64,000 bases of DNA, from positions 704,001 to 768,000 of the forward strand of contig CBDFMQ010000002.1 of the NCBI GenBank assembly GCA_965249725.1, read 5' to 3'. Each line of letters starts with the position of its first letter. Position 1 is the stretch's first letter. Positions 1-10,121 of this stretch are shown in pieces. The position numbers and the translations under genes are program-made. Source of the stretch: Longimicrobiales bacterium. GTDB taxonomy: Bacteria; Gemmatimonadota; Gemmatimonadetes; Longimicrobiales; Gaopeijiaceae. The notes below the pieces were generated by a model. The model did no database searches. It had not been told where the DNA came from and saw only the letters and a program-made list of their open reading frames with translations.

Positions 1-2
1 TC

Positions 3-575
3 ATGTCGCAGGCGTTGGCCGAACCGCGCAGCGACCTGTCGCAGTATGCACCGCGCATCGTGTCGATCCAGATCAACCCCTCGAAGATCGGTGATATCAT
101 CGGCCCGAAGGGCAAGACGATTCGTGCCATCCAGGAGGAGTCTGGAGCCAAGATCGATATCGACGATTCCGGCCTCGTGAAGATCGCTGCAGTTTCCGGC
201 GAGGCGGGTGCGAGAGCTCGGGAGATGATCGAAGCGATCGTCCAGGAGCCCGAGGTCGGCCGGATCTATGAGGGGCCCGTGAAGAACACGACTTCTTTCG
301 GGGCGTTCATCGAGATCGTGCCGGGCGTCGAAGGTCTCTGCCACATATCCGAGCTCGAAGAGGGTAGGGTGGAGAGGACCGAGGACGTGTTGAACACGGG
401 TGACATCACTCGAGTGAAGCTACTCTCCATCGACGAGAAGGGTCGCCTACGGCTTTCACGAAAGGCTGCCCTGGCCGAAGATGCCCTTTCGGGCTCCGAC
501 GGTAAGGACTCGGCGGACGACTCGGAGGACGCGGAGTCGAACGAAGACCAAGAGGTCGAGGAAGCACTCAACTGA
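3..575 (+). CDS. pnp: Polyribonucleotide nucleotidyltransferase, C-terminal part (KH + S1 domains); 5'-truncated by window edge
   Basis: YAPRI..IGDIIGPKGKTIRAI KH motif, S1 domain (FGAFIEI..EGLCHISEL), acidic tail. Confidence 0.95.
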   Translation: MSQALAEPRSDLSQYAPRIVSIQINPSKIGDIIGPKGKTIRAIQEESGAKIDIDDSGLVKIAAVSGEAGARAREMIEAIVQEPEVGRIYEGPVKNTTSFGAFIEIVPGVEGLCHISELEEGRVERTEDVLNTGDITRVKLLSIDEKGRLRLSRKAALAEDALSGSDGKDSADDSEDAESNEDQEVEEALN

Positions 576-600
576 CCGGTCGCTACACAGCAGGACTACC

Positions 601-644
601 AGGGGGGCATGGGCTAGGCGTCCATGCCCCCTTGGGCCTTTTTC
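601..644 (+). terminator. Probable intrinsic terminator after pnp
   Basis: GGGGGCATGG...CCATGCCCCC stem followed shortly by CTTTTT. Confidence 0.55.
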
Positions 645-662
645 AGGGGATGTCATTCATCG

Positions 663-1880
663 ATGCGTGAGACGTGTTTGGACAACGGGGTCCGTCTCGT
701 TACGGAGCAGATTCCCGGAGTGCGCTCTGCGGCCGTAGGCGTGTGGCTGAAGCAGGGCTCGGCACATGAAACGCCCGATGTTCTCGGGGTGAGTCATTTC
801 CTCGAGCACCTGGTATTCAAGGGCACCGAACGACGCAGTGCTCACGAAATCGCTCTTTCCCTCGAATCTCTCGGGGGCGGCCTGGACGCCTATACCACTC
901 GGGAGCACACCAGCTATCAGGCGCGCGTCCTCGATGAGCACCTGCCCCAGGCGCTCGACGTGCTGGCCGATCTCGTGCTGCATCCTCGCCTCGATCCGAC
1001 GGATCTGGAGCTCGAGCGAGCCGTAGTGCTGGAGGAGATCGCGGGCGTCGAGGATACACCGGACGACATGGTCTTCGACCTGCACGGTGAGCGGTTCTGG
1101 AACGGTCACCCTTATGGCCAGGCCATCCTGGGCACTCGTGAGACCGTAGGTGCGCTTACCGCCGAGGATGTCCGTCGCCTTCACGCTTCGAGATACCGTG
1201 GCGGCAACCTGGTGGTAGGGTGCGCGGGGAACGTGGATCACGACGTGGTGACCGAACACTTGGCCCGACTCTTCGGTCCGGCTCCCGAGGGTGGCGGCGT
1301 GGCGGACATCGCCACGCCGGCTGGAAATGCCACGGGTCGTGACGCCGTGGTGCGCGACACTACACAGGCCCATGTGGTGGTGGGCAACCGCACGCCGTCC
1401 CATGCGGACCCGGTGCGTGACGCACTGCTCCTGATCTCCAGCGCCTTCGGGGGAGGCATGAGTTCGCGGCTCTTCCAGCGAATTCGGGAGGAGATGGCGC
1501 TCGCCTACTCGGTCTTCTCGTTCCAGTCGTTCTACAGCCGGGCCGGAACCGCGGGCGTGTACGTCGGCACCCGACCTGAGGCTCGAGAGCAGGCCCTCGA
1601 AGCCATTCTCGCCGAGTACCGGTTGCTTCATGCCGAGGGCCTCACGGCCCGGGAGCTGGAGCAGGCCAAGAACCAAAGCAAGGGCCACATGATCTTGTCC
1701 ATGGAGTCGACGGGGGCTCGGCTGATGCGCATGGCGGGCTACGTCCTGCGCGGCGAGCCCTACCGGGATTTGGAGGAGTCGCTGGCCCGGGTCGATTCCG
1801 TCACTCTGGAGGACGTGAACGCCGCGTGTGCGCTCTTTTTCGATCCGGAGGACCAGTACGTTTTGAGTCTGGGTCCATGA
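663..1880 (+). CDS. M16 (pitrilysin-family) zinc peptidase
   Basis: HFLEH inverted zincin motif, GGGMSSRLFQ motif; ATG at 663; usual position after pnp. Confidence 0.9.
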   Translation: MRETCLDNGVRLVTEQIPGVRSAAVGVWLKQGSAHETPDVLGVSHFLEHLVFKGTERRSAHEIALSLESLGGGLDAYTTREHTSYQARVLDEHLPQALDVLADLVLHPRLDPTDLELERAVVLEEIAGVEDTPDDMVFDLHGERFWNGHPYGQAILGTRETVGALTAEDVRRLHASRYRGGNLVVGCAGNVDHDVVTEHLARLFGPAPEGGGVADIATPAGNATGRDAVVRDTTQAHVVVGNRTPSHADPVRDALLLISSAFGGGMSSRLFQRIREEMALAYSVFSFQSFYSRAGTAGVYVGTRPEAREQALEAILAEYRLLHAEGLTARELEQAKNQSKGHMILSMESTGARLMRMAGYVLRGEPYRDLEESLARVDSVTLEDVNAACALFFDPEDQYVLSLGP

Positions 1881-2001
1881 TGTTTTAGTCCCTGCCTGAT
1901 CCGCCGAACATCCCCCTTGCGGAGGGTCGCTTGGGCCGGTTCGATTCGGTAGTTTCTGTCGTTGCCCAGACCCGACATTATCCACACCAACCCCATATAT
2001 C

Positions 2002-3132
2002 ATGCTGATCGGAGTACCGAAGGAAATAAAGCGCGAGGAGTACCGCGTAGCCCTGACTCCGGCGGGCGCCGAAGCGTTGACGCAGGCGGGCCACGAGGTC
2101 TTGATGGAGGCCGGTGCCGGCCAGGGAAGTGGCTTTACGGACGACTTCTACGCCGCTGCCGGGGCCGAGTTGGTCCCGACGTCAGACGAGGTGTGGGCTC
2201 GGGCCGAAATGATCATGAAGGTCAAGGAGCCGATCGAGCCGGAATGGCCGAAGATCCGGCCCGGTCAGCTGCTCTTCACCTACTTCCACTTCGCGTCCTC
2301 CGAACCACTGACCGACGCTCTCATCGCCTCCAAGGCCGTCGCCATCGCGTATGAGACCGTGGAGCTGCCGAGTGGGGAACTGCCCCTTCTGACGCCCATG
2401 AGTGAGGTCGCCGGCCGTATGGCCGTGCAGGAAGGTGCCAAGTACCTGGAGCGTCACTCCGGCGGGGCCGGGGTCCTTCTGGGCGGTGTCCCGGGAGTGC
2501 TGCCCGGGAAGGTGGTCATCCTCGGGGGTGGCATCGTGGGGACGCATGCCGCTCTCATGGCCGCGGGGTTGGGTGCTCGGGTCTCCATTCTGGACGTTTC
2601 ACTCGCTCGTCTCCGGCAGCTCGAAGGCATCATGCCGGCCAACGTGAATCTGCTCTACTCAACGCGATATGCCATTCGGAAGCAGATCGAAGACGCCGAT
2701 CTGGTTGTGGGTGCGGTGCTGCTGCACGGCGCGAAGGCACCCAACCTCATCGTCGAGGACGATCTCAAGGCAATGAAGCCGGGTTCGGTGATCGTGGATG
2801 TGGCGGTGGACCAGGGTGGTTGTGTAGAGACGATCAAACCCACCACCCACGGGGATCCCATCTACATTGTGCACGACGTGATCCACTACGGCGTCGCGAA
2901 CATGCCGGGTGGTGTTCCGAGAACGAGCACGCTCGCTCTGACCAACGCGACGCTTCCGTATGCCATCACGTTGGCGACTCAGGGTTGGCAGGCCGCGTGC
3001 CAGAACGACCCCGCGCTCGCGTTGGGCGTGAACATCGTGGACGGGCATGTGACGTATCCGGGGGTTGCCGACGCATTCGGGCTGGAATGTGCCGACGTCA
3101 ACGACTTCCTCACAGCGGCGTCGCAGGCCTGA
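2002..3132 (+). CDS. ald: Alanine dehydrogenase
   Basis: [42 protein letters not shown]. Confidence 0.95.
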   Translation: MLIGVPKEIKREEYRVALTPAGAEALTQAGHEVLMEAGAGQGSGFTDDFYAAAGAELVPTSDEVWARAEMIMKVKEPIEPEWPKIRPGQLLFTYFHFASSEPLTDALIASKAVAIAYETVELPSGELPLLTPMSEVAGRMAVQEGAKYLERHSGGAGVLLGGVPGVLPGKVVILGGGIVGTHAALMAAGLGARVSILDVSLARLRQLEGIMPANVNLLYSTRYAIRKQIEDADLVVGAVLLHGAKAPNLIVEDDLKAMKPGSVIVDVAVDQGGCVETIKPTTHGDPIYIVHDVIHYGVANMPGGVPRTSTLALTNATLPYAITLATQGWQAACQNDPALALGVNIVDGHVTYPGVADAFGLECADVNDFLTAASQA

Positions 3133-3136
3133 CGAA

Positions 3137-3583
3137 TTGGGCGACCTAGTACGCTTCAGGCGTCTTCCGAGCAACCCGGACCTTCCGCTGCCCGCTCGGG
3201 CGACCGAGTATGCCGCCGGATACGACGTGCGTTCTGCCGAGGACGATTTCGTCCTCGAGCCGGGCGAAATCCGGCTGGTTCCTACGGGTCTCAATATGGA
3301 GCTGCCCGAGGGACTGGAATGTCAGGTTCGGCCTCGGTCGGGCCTCGCCCTCCGGCACGGCATCACCCTTCCCAACAGCCCCGGGACGATCGATCCGGAC
3401 TACAGGGGTGAGTTGCGGGTCATCATGCAGAACAACGGAAGTGAAGCGGTACCCATCGAGCGCGGGGATCGGATCGCCCAGTTGGTCTTCCATCATTTCG
3501 CGACGCCCGAGGTCGTGGAGTCAGAGGAACTCGGCGCCACGGCCAGGGGCTCGGACGGCTTCGGCAGCACAGGTCGGGGTTAG
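3137..3583 (+). CDS. dut: dUTP diphosphatase
   Basis: [37 protein letters not shown]; probable TTG start at 3137. Confidence 0.93.
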   Translation: MGDLVRFRRLPSNPDLPLPARATEYAAGYDVRSAEDDFVLEPGEIRLVPTGLNMELPEGLECQVRPRSGLALRHGITLPNSPGTIDPDYRGELRVIMQNNGSEAVPIERGDRIAQLVFHHFATPEVVESEELGATARGSDGFGSTGRG

Positions 3584-3703
3584 GCGACGGCCCGGATCCT
3601 GCAACTGAAAGTTTGACAATGACTTGACGCCACATTTCTTGTAAGCATCTTGAGGTGGCGGTAGAGCGATACCTTCAAGATCTGATACCAGAGAGAATCC
3701 CCG

Positions 3704-4750
3704 ATAGCCCAGACCTTCAAAGACTGGCTTGAAGCCGGCCGACTGATCCCCGTAAACGACATCGCAGTGGATCTCGGTACGGCGAATACCCTCGTGTATG
3801 TGAAGGGCGAGGGAATCGTCCTCAACGAACCCTCGGTTGTGGCGGTGGACAAGGCGTCCGGTCGCATCATGGGGGTGGGGCTCAAGGCCAAACGGATGCT
3901 GGGTCGTACGCCCGAGGGCATCGAAGCCGTTCGGCCGCTCAAGGACGGGGTCATCGCCGACGTCGACGTGACGGAGATGATGCTCCGCCACTTTCTGAAG
4001 CAAGTGACGGCCAAGCGGGTCTTCCGCATCAAGCCCAGAGTCGTCGTGGGTGTGCCCTCCGGGATCACCGAGCTTGAGCGGCGGGCCGTGCGTTCCAGCG
4101 CGATCTCCGCGGGGGCCAAGGCCGTCTACATGGTCGCGGAGCCGATGGCTGCCGCCATCGGTGTCGGCCTTCCGGTTGAGACCCCTACCGGCAACATGGT
4201 CATCGATATCGGGGGCGGCACGACCGAGATCGCGGTCATAGCGCTGGCCGGAATCGTGTCCAACACGTCGATCCGCGTCGGTGGGGACGAGTTGGACGCC
4301 GCCATCGTCACGTTCCTCCGCAAGAACTACAACCTCTTGATCGGTGAGCCGACCGCGGAGGCCATCAAGATCCAGATCGGCTCCGCGTTCGAGTCCGGTG
4401 AAGAGCGGGAAATGGACGTGAAGGGGAGAGACCTGGTCAGCGGTATCCCCAAGACGGTGCACGTGCATTCACAGGAGATCCGTGAGTGCATCCAGGAGCC
4501 GATTCAGTCCGTGGTTGAGGCGGTGCGGCGGGCACTCGAGATTACGCCCCCCGAGCTGTCCAGTGATATCGTGGATCGGGGCATCGTGATGACGGGTGGC
4601 GGCGTGTTGATCAGGGGTCTGGATCGCCTGTTACAGCACGAGACAAACCTTCCGATCCACGTGGACGAGGAGCCTCTCACCTGCGTGGTCCGAGGCGCGG
4701 GCCGGATCTTGGACGATCTGCAGAAATACCGCACGGTGCTGGCCACGTAG
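3704..4750 (+). CDS. mreB: Rod shape-determining protein MreB; start uncertain (probably ATA at 3704; first canonical start GTG 3767)
   Basis: DIAVDLGTANT, DIGGGTTE, MTGGG actin-like motifs; first gene of mre operon. Confidence 0.93.
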   Translation: MAQTFKDWLEAGRLIPVNDIAVDLGTANTLVYVKGEGIVLNEPSVVAVDKASGRIMGVGLKAKRMLGRTPEGIEAVRPLKDGVIADVDVTEMMLRHFLKQVTAKRVFRIKPRVVVGVPSGITELERRAVRSSAISAGAKAVYMVAEPMAAAIGVGLPVETPTGNMVIDIGGGTTEIAVIALAGIVSNTSIRVGGDELDAAIVTFLRKNYNLLIGEPTAEAIKIQIGSAFESGEEREMDVKGRDLVSGIPKTVHVHSQEIRECIQEPIQSVVEAVRRALEITPPELSSDIVDRGIVMTGGGVLIRGLDRLLQHETNLPIHVDEEPLTCVVRGAGRILDDLQKYRTVLAT

Positions 4751-4826
4751 TGTAGGGGTCTTACACTGACCACCCCACGCGCGCTCCGGCGCGCCCGGTA
4801 CCCGTCTTCAGGGGTTCGGCGGCACT

Positions 4827-5687
4827 ATGCCAACGTACACGACCGAAACCGAAGGGGCTGAACCGAGCCGAAGCGGACTGATCGCCCTCGGGTTCTTCGT
4901 GGCCTCCCTGCTGGTGCTCTACCTTCCCGCCGGCCCCCAACAGCAGTTGGCTTCCATTGTTCGGGGCAGCATTCTTCGCCCCTTCGTCATGACCCAGGAG
5001 GGCCTCGCACGTCGGCTTGTGCACGCCGCCGAGACCGAGGTCCTGCAGCAGCAGCTCGACTCGCTGGCCGCGGTCCTCTCCGATCAGACCACCCTGGGGG
5101 AAGAGAACGACCGGCTCCGGCGCCTGTTGGCGCTCTCCCAGCGACTGTCGGCATCCTACGTGGCAGCCAGCGTGATTCGACCCGGCACTCCGGGTTCCGA
5201 GAGCATGTTCCTGCTGGACGCCGGGGGGCTCGAGGGGGTCGTCGCCAATACCCCCGTGATCATGGGGCGTGGACTGCTCGGCGTGGTACGAGAGTCCCGC
5301 GACAACAACGCCGTCGGCATGGACTGGACCCACCCCGAGTTCCGGGCGAGTGCCATGACGTTGGATGGCAGTGTGTACGGGCTGGTGCAGGCGACGCGGG
5401 GGTTGTTCCGCGAAGCGGATCGACTGCTGCTCGACGGGATTCCCTTTCACGAGGAGCTCGCCCCCGGCACGGTCTTGGTTACGAGCGCGCTCGGCGGTGT
5501 CTACCCTCGAGGGATTCCCATCGGCACCGTGCTCGAAGAGGCCGAGGCCCGGGCAGGCTGGCGGCGCTCCTATTGGCTGCGCCCCTTCGTCTCGCCCGGG
5601 GAGGCCACTCATGTTCTGGTCCTGGTACCCGACGGTGACCTCGAGAACGTGACGGGGATCTGGCCCCGGGAAGAGCCGGGTTCATGA
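4827..5687 (+). CDS. mreC: Rod shape-determining protein MreC
   Basis: N-terminal TM, coiled coil (EENDRLRRLL), VTSALGGVYPRGIPIG; synteny. Confidence 0.9.
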   Translation: MPTYTTETEGAEPSRSGLIALGFFVASLLVLYLPAGPQQQLASIVRGSILRPFVMTQEGLARRLVHAAETEVLQQQLDSLAAVLSDQTTLGEENDRLRRLLALSQRLSASYVAASVIRPGTPGSESMFLLDAGGLEGVVANTPVIMGRGLLGVVRESRDNNAVGMDWTHPEFRASAMTLDGSVYGLVQATRGLFREADRLLLDGIPFHEELAPGTVLVTSALGGVYPRGIPIGTVLEEAEARAGWRRSYWLRPFVSPGEATHVLVLVPDGDLENVTGIWPREEPGS

Positions 5688-6166
5688 GGGGCTCTCTTCG
5701 CGTTTGGGTTGTCGTCGGCCTCTTGGTGGTTCTCCACTTCGGGCTGCACCTCAGCCTCGGGCTCGGTCAGAGTGCCCCGGACCTTCTCGTCGTGGCGCTC
5801 CTCATTGCCGCTCGTGAGGTCGGGGTGGGCGCCGGATCGGGGCTCGGCTTCTTCCTGGGGCTCATGGACGACGCTTTTTCGGTCCTCGCCTTCGGAGCCA
5901 ACGCCTTCGCACTGACGCTCGTGGGAGCGGGAGGTGCCAAGACGAGAGATCTGTTCGTGGGCGATTCTCTCATCTTCATGGTGTCCTATCTCGTCTTCGG
6001 GAAGTGGTGCAGGGATCTCCTGCATTGGGTTGCGGTAGGCGAATCGGTGAGAGAACCTTTCGTCGATACCATGCTTATCAACTCGCCACTGGCGGCGGCG
6101 TACGCCGCCTTGGTAGGACTCGGAGTCGTTGCGATCAGCGGCATCGGGTGGGAGACGGTACGGTGA
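5684..6166 (+). CDS. mreD: Rod shape-determining protein MreD
   Basis: Hydrophobic, PDLL and GFFLGLMDD motifs; between mreC and mrdA. Confidence 0.85.
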   Translation: MRGSLRVWVVVGLLVVLHFGLHLSLGLGQSAPDLLVVALLIAAREVGVGAGSGLGFFLGLMDDAFSVLAFGANAFALTLVGAGGAKTRDLFVGDSLIFMVSYLVFGKWCRDLLHWVAVGESVREPFVDTMLINSPLAAAYAALVGLGVVAISGIGWETVR

Positions 6167-7995
6167 GAGCACAGCACCCCCACCGGAGGAGACTCAGGGC
6201 GCACGGCGCTCTCGGCATCGCCGCGATAGTCCTGGGCGTCCTGGGCCTGCAGTTCTTCAGGGTGCAGGTCCTGCGTTCCAGCGACTACAAGCTGCGCTCC
6301 GAATCGAACCGATTCCGCCCTCTGGCCGTGCCCGCGCCTCGGGGCACCGTGTTCGACCGGTACGGGCGTGTCATCGCCGACAACGTGCCCGGATATGCGG
6401 TCTACGTTTTGAGGGACTCCCGAGAAGCTACGCGAGAAGCCCTGGAACGACTTCGTCCCCACCTGGACCTGTCCGATGAGCGGATCGAAAGCCTCATGGA
6501 GCGTGTTCGTCGCCACGAGCCTCTACTCGTGGATATCGACGCCGACTTCTCGGCCATCTCGGTGCTCGAGGAGCGACGGGAGAGCTTCCCGGGGGTCTAC
6601 ATCGAGATGCGGCCCAAGCGGCGCTACTACGGCGAGGACGCGGTAGCGCACGCGATCGGGTACGTCAGCGAGGTTACCGCTGAGGAATTGGAGTCGGAAC
6701 GTTTCGCCGATTACGAACAGGGGATTCTGGTCGGCAAGGTCGGAATCGAGCGGCAATATGAGGAGAGGCTCCAGGGGCAGCAGGGCATGCGCTATCTGGA
6801 GGTCGACGCCACCGGACGCATCGTCGGACCGCTGGCCGGAATCGAGGAAGATCCCGGCCAGCCGGGCCAAGACCTCGAGTTGACGCTCGACCTGGAGCTG
6901 ATGGAGTGGATCCACAAGATCTTCCCCGACTCGCTTCCCGGTGCGGTGGTTGCGCTGGACCCCGCCGATGGAGGTGTCCTGGCACTCTACTCGGCGCCCA
7001 CGTACGACCCCAACGACTTCGTGGGAGGAATCGACGAGGACGACTGGGAGGCGCTCAGCACCGATCCTCAGAAGCCACTCCTCAACCGGACGGTGATGGG
7101 GCTCTACCCGCCGGCTTCCACCTGGAAGCTCGCCGCCGCGGGTATCGGCCTCGACCTGGGGGTAGTGGGGCCTCACGAGGAAATGCCGATTCCGTGTACA
7201 GGTGGCTTGGTGTACGGGGGCGAGTATCGATCGTGCTGGCTTCCCGAGGGTCACGGTTTCCTCGATCTCGCGGGTGCCATCGCCCAGTCTTGCAACGTGT
7301 ACTTCTATCAGCTGGGCATGCGAATCGGACTGGATCGTATGCTCGAGGCGGGTACGCGCATCGGTTTCGCGGAGCAGTGCGGCATCGACCTGCCCCAAGA
7401 GAGCCGGGGCATCTTCCCCGAAGAACGGGCGTTTTGGGAACGCCGCTTCGGGTATCGGCCCTTGGAGGGTGAGGTGCTCAGCCTCGCGCTCGGACAGGGA
7501 CCCAATTCCCAGACGCCACTCAAGATGGCGCAGTTCTACATGGCACTTGCCCGCGACGGCTCGGCTCCGGCACCGCACCTCTTGGCCGATCCGGATCCGA
7601 CGGAGGGGTGGCGACTCAACCTGTCTCGCGAGAGTATCGAGCAGCTCCGGGAGGGCATGCGTCGGGTCACGTCTCCGGGCGGGACGGCTCACTATCGGGC
7701 CTCGCTCGAGCACTGGGAGATCATCGGCAAGACGGGCAGTGGCCAGAACGCTCAGGACCCCGAACGGGCTCATGCCTGGTTCGCCGGCATGGCGGGTCCT
7801 TGGGGGGGAGAGCCGGAGATCGTGGTCGTCGTCCTCGTAGAATTCGGAGAGAGCGGCTCGGCGATGGCGGCCCCGATCGCCGCAAAGGCCGCTGATTTCT
7901 ACCTGCGACGGAAGTACGGCATTCCGGTGGATTCCATCCAGACCCTCGCCGAACACGTGGAGTCGGGCACACCGGCGCCGTGGGCTCGGTGGTGA
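6163..7995 (+). CDS. mrdA: Penicillin-binding protein 2
   Basis: STWK (SxxK), SCN (SxN), KTG motifs, APRG; GTG at 6163 overlaps mreD stop. Confidence 0.93.
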   Translation: MRAQHPHRRRLRAHGALGIAAIVLGVLGLQFFRVQVLRSSDYKLRSESNRFRPLAVPAPRGTVFDRYGRVIADNVPGYAVYVLRDSREATREALERLRPHLDLSDERIESLMERVRRHEPLLVDIDADFSAISVLEERRESFPGVYIEMRPKRRYYGEDAVAHAIGYVSEVTAEELESERFADYEQGILVGKVGIERQYEERLQGQQGMRYLEVDATGRIVGPLAGIEEDPGQPGQDLELTLDLELMEWIHKIFPDSLPGAVVALDPADGGVLALYSAPTYDPNDFVGGIDEDDWEALSTDPQKPLLNRTVMGLYPPASTWKLAAAGIGLDLGVVGPHEEMPIPCTGGLVYGGEYRSCWLPEGHGFLDLAGAIAQSCNVYFYQLGMRIGLDRMLEAGTRIGFAEQCGIDLPQESRGIFPEERAFWERRFGYRPLEGEVLSLALGQGPNSQTPLKMAQFYMALARDGSAPAPHLLADPDPTEGWRLNLSRESIEQLREGMRRVTSPGGTAHYRASLEHWEIIGKTGSGQNAQDPERAHAWFAGMAGPWGGEPEIVVVVLVEFGESGSAMAAPIAAKAADFYLRRKYGIPVDSIQTLAEHVESGTPAPWARW

Positions 7996-8019
7996 GGCCT
8001 GAGCGCCTCTAGGCCTTGA

Positions 8020-9258
8020 GTGTTTCGTAGAGCCTTCGCCCGCTGGTCGGGTGACTCCGCGCTGGTTCTGGCCGTCCTGCTGATGACCGGCTTCGGCATC
8101 GCCATGATCTACTCGGCGGGTGTCCTCAACATCCCGAGTTCCATCACCGAGGGAGCGTGGATCAGGCAGTCGCGGTGGTTCGTGATCGCCCTTGTGGCGT
8201 TCACGGCGGTGCGCCAGTTGCGATCGCGCTGGTTCGAGTGGATCGCCCTGCCGGCCTATGGTGTGAGCGTGCTGCTGCTCGCCATCACTCTGGTGATCGG
8301 TACGGGCTCGGGTACCGCTGCGGGCGTGAAGAGCTTCCTGGACCTGGGCTTCATTCGATTTCAGCCGGCGGAACTCGCCAAGCTAGCCACCATTCTCGCG
8401 TTGGCTCGGTATCTGGGGACGCGCTCCGAGGACCCCACGACCCTTCGGGCCCTGGTCACCCCGTCGGCCATCGTCGGGGTCCCGCTCGGACTGGTGATCC
8501 TGCAGCCTGATCTCGGCACGGCACTCGCCTTCGTCGGGATCCTTTTCGCGACGTTGTTTTGGGCAGGTGCCCCCATCGGGCTCCTCTTGCTTCTCGCGAG
8601 CCCCGGTGTCTCCCTGGTCCTGAGCTTCGACAACCGCATCTGGGCCGTCTTCTTCGTACTCGTCGTGGGCTCGCTGTACCTCTATCGATACCGCCTGTTT
8701 CTCGTCGAGTCGCTCGCGGTCTTCTTGGCGAATCTCGCGGCAGGTGCCATCGCGCCGCCTCTCTGGAATTCCCTCGCCGAATACCAGCAGAACCGGATCC
8801 TCGTGTTCCTGGATCCGAGCGTCGATCCGCGCGGGGCAGGGTATCACCTGATCCAATCCATGGTCGCCATCGGAAGCGGTGGTCTCAGCGGGAAGGGATT
8901 CACCGAAGGCACTCAGAAGAGGCTGGACTTTCTTCCCGAGCAGCACACCGACTTCATCTTCTCCGTGATCGGTGAGGAGTTGGGATTTCTCGGAACCGGT
9001 TTGGCTCTGAGCCTCTTCGCCTTCATCCTCTACCGTCTCGTGAAGATGGCCGAGGGCGCCTCAGATCCATTTGCGGGGTTGGTCATCTTCGGTATCTTCG
9101 GAGCCTGGTTGGTCCATATTTTCGTGAACGTCGGCATGACCGTGGGTATGGTTCCGGTCACGGGAATACCCCTACCCTTCGTCAGCTACGGCGGCACCTT
9201 TCTCCTCATGTCCTGGATTGCCGTGGCCCTGGCGACGCGGGTCGCATACGACGAGTGA
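8020..9258 (+). CDS. rodA: SEDS peptidoglycan glycosyltransferase RodA
   Basis: FQPAELAK, QPDLGTA, PEQHTDFIF, TGIPLPFVSYGG. Confidence 0.93.
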   Translation: MFRRAFARWSGDSALVLAVLLMTGFGIAMIYSAGVLNIPSSITEGAWIRQSRWFVIALVAFTAVRQLRSRWFEWIALPAYGVSVLLLAITLVIGTGSGTAAGVKSFLDLGFIRFQPAELAKLATILALARYLGTRSEDPTTLRALVTPSAIVGVPLGLVILQPDLGTALAFVGILFATLFWAGAPIGLLLLLASPGVSLVLSFDNRIWAVFFVLVVGSLYLYRYRLFLVESLAVFLANLAAGAIAPPLWNSLAEYQQNRILVFLDPSVDPRGAGYHLIQSMVAIGSGGLSGKGFTEGTQKRLDFLPEQHTDFIFSVIGEELGFLGTGLALSLFAFILYRLVKMAEGASDPFAGLVIFGIFGAWLVHIFVNVGMTVGMVPVTGIPLPFVSYGGTFLLMSWIAVALATRVAYDE

Positions 9259-9281
9259 CAGAGGCCTGTTGAGGGAGTCCG

Positions 9282-10121
9282 ATGGCTTGGTTTCGTAAGG
9301 ACAAACAGCCACTGAAGGCAGACGATCGGCGCGATGTGCCGACCGATGTCTTCGACAAGTGTCGGGGGTGCGGGGAGATTCTCTATGCGGAGAAGCTCGT
9401 CCAAAACCGCCAGGTCTGCCCCGACTGTGGGCATCACTTCCGCGTGTCTGCCGAGAGGTACGTCGAGATCCTCCTCGACGAAGGCTCTTTCGAGGAAATC
9501 GACCGCGATATCGGCAGTGCCGATCCGCTCGGGTTCCAAGATCTCAAGCCCTACACTGAGCGTCTGGCGGCGGCCGAGTCGAAGGTAGGCAGGAAAGAAG
9601 CGGTCCTCTCGGGGACGGGGACGCTCGACGGGATGGGCGTGGTGCTGGCGGTCATGGACTTCCGCTTCGTTGGAGGGTCCATGGGATCGGTGGTGGGGGA
9701 GAAGATCGCCCGCGCAGGCCGCGTCGCGTTGGATCGCAAGGAGCCGCTCATCGTAGTCAGCGCGTCCGGGGGCGCACGCATGCAGGAGGGGATCTACTCT
9801 CTGATGCAGATGGCCAAGACGTCGGCCGTGCTCGCCCGTCTCCATGAGGCGGGACTTCCCTATATCGCCGTGCTCACGGATCCCACGACGGGTGGTGTCA
9901 CGGCGTCTCACGCGATGCTCGGCGACGTGAACCTGGCGGAGCCGGGTGCGCTGATCGGATTCGCCGGCCCCCGGGTCATCGAAGAGACCATCCGCCAGGA
10001 GCTGCCGGACGGGTTCCAGCGGTCCGAGTTCCTGCTCCAACACGGGATGATCGATCGGGTCGTGGATCGCCGGAGGCTGAAGAGCGAGGTGGCCACCCTT
10101 CTACGGCATATGATCGGTTGA
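9282..10121 (+). CDS. accD: Acetyl-CoA carboxylase carboxyltransferase beta subunit
   Basis: C4 zinc finger, GGSMGSVVGEK, SGGARMQEG, PTTGGVTAS. Confidence 0.95.
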   Translation: MAWFRKDKQPLKADDRRDVPTDVFDKCRGCGEILYAEKLVQNRQVCPDCGHHFRVSAERYVEILLDEGSFEEIDRDIGSADPLGFQDLKPYTERLAAAESKVGRKEAVLSGTGTLDGMGVVLAVMDFRFVGGSMGSVVGEKIARAGRVALDRKEPLIVVSASGGARMQEGIYSLMQMAKTSAVLARLHEAGLPYIAVLTDPTTGGVTASHAMLGDVNLAEPGALIGFAGPRVIEETIRQELPDGFQRSEFLLQHGMIDRVVDRRRLKSEVATLLRHMIG

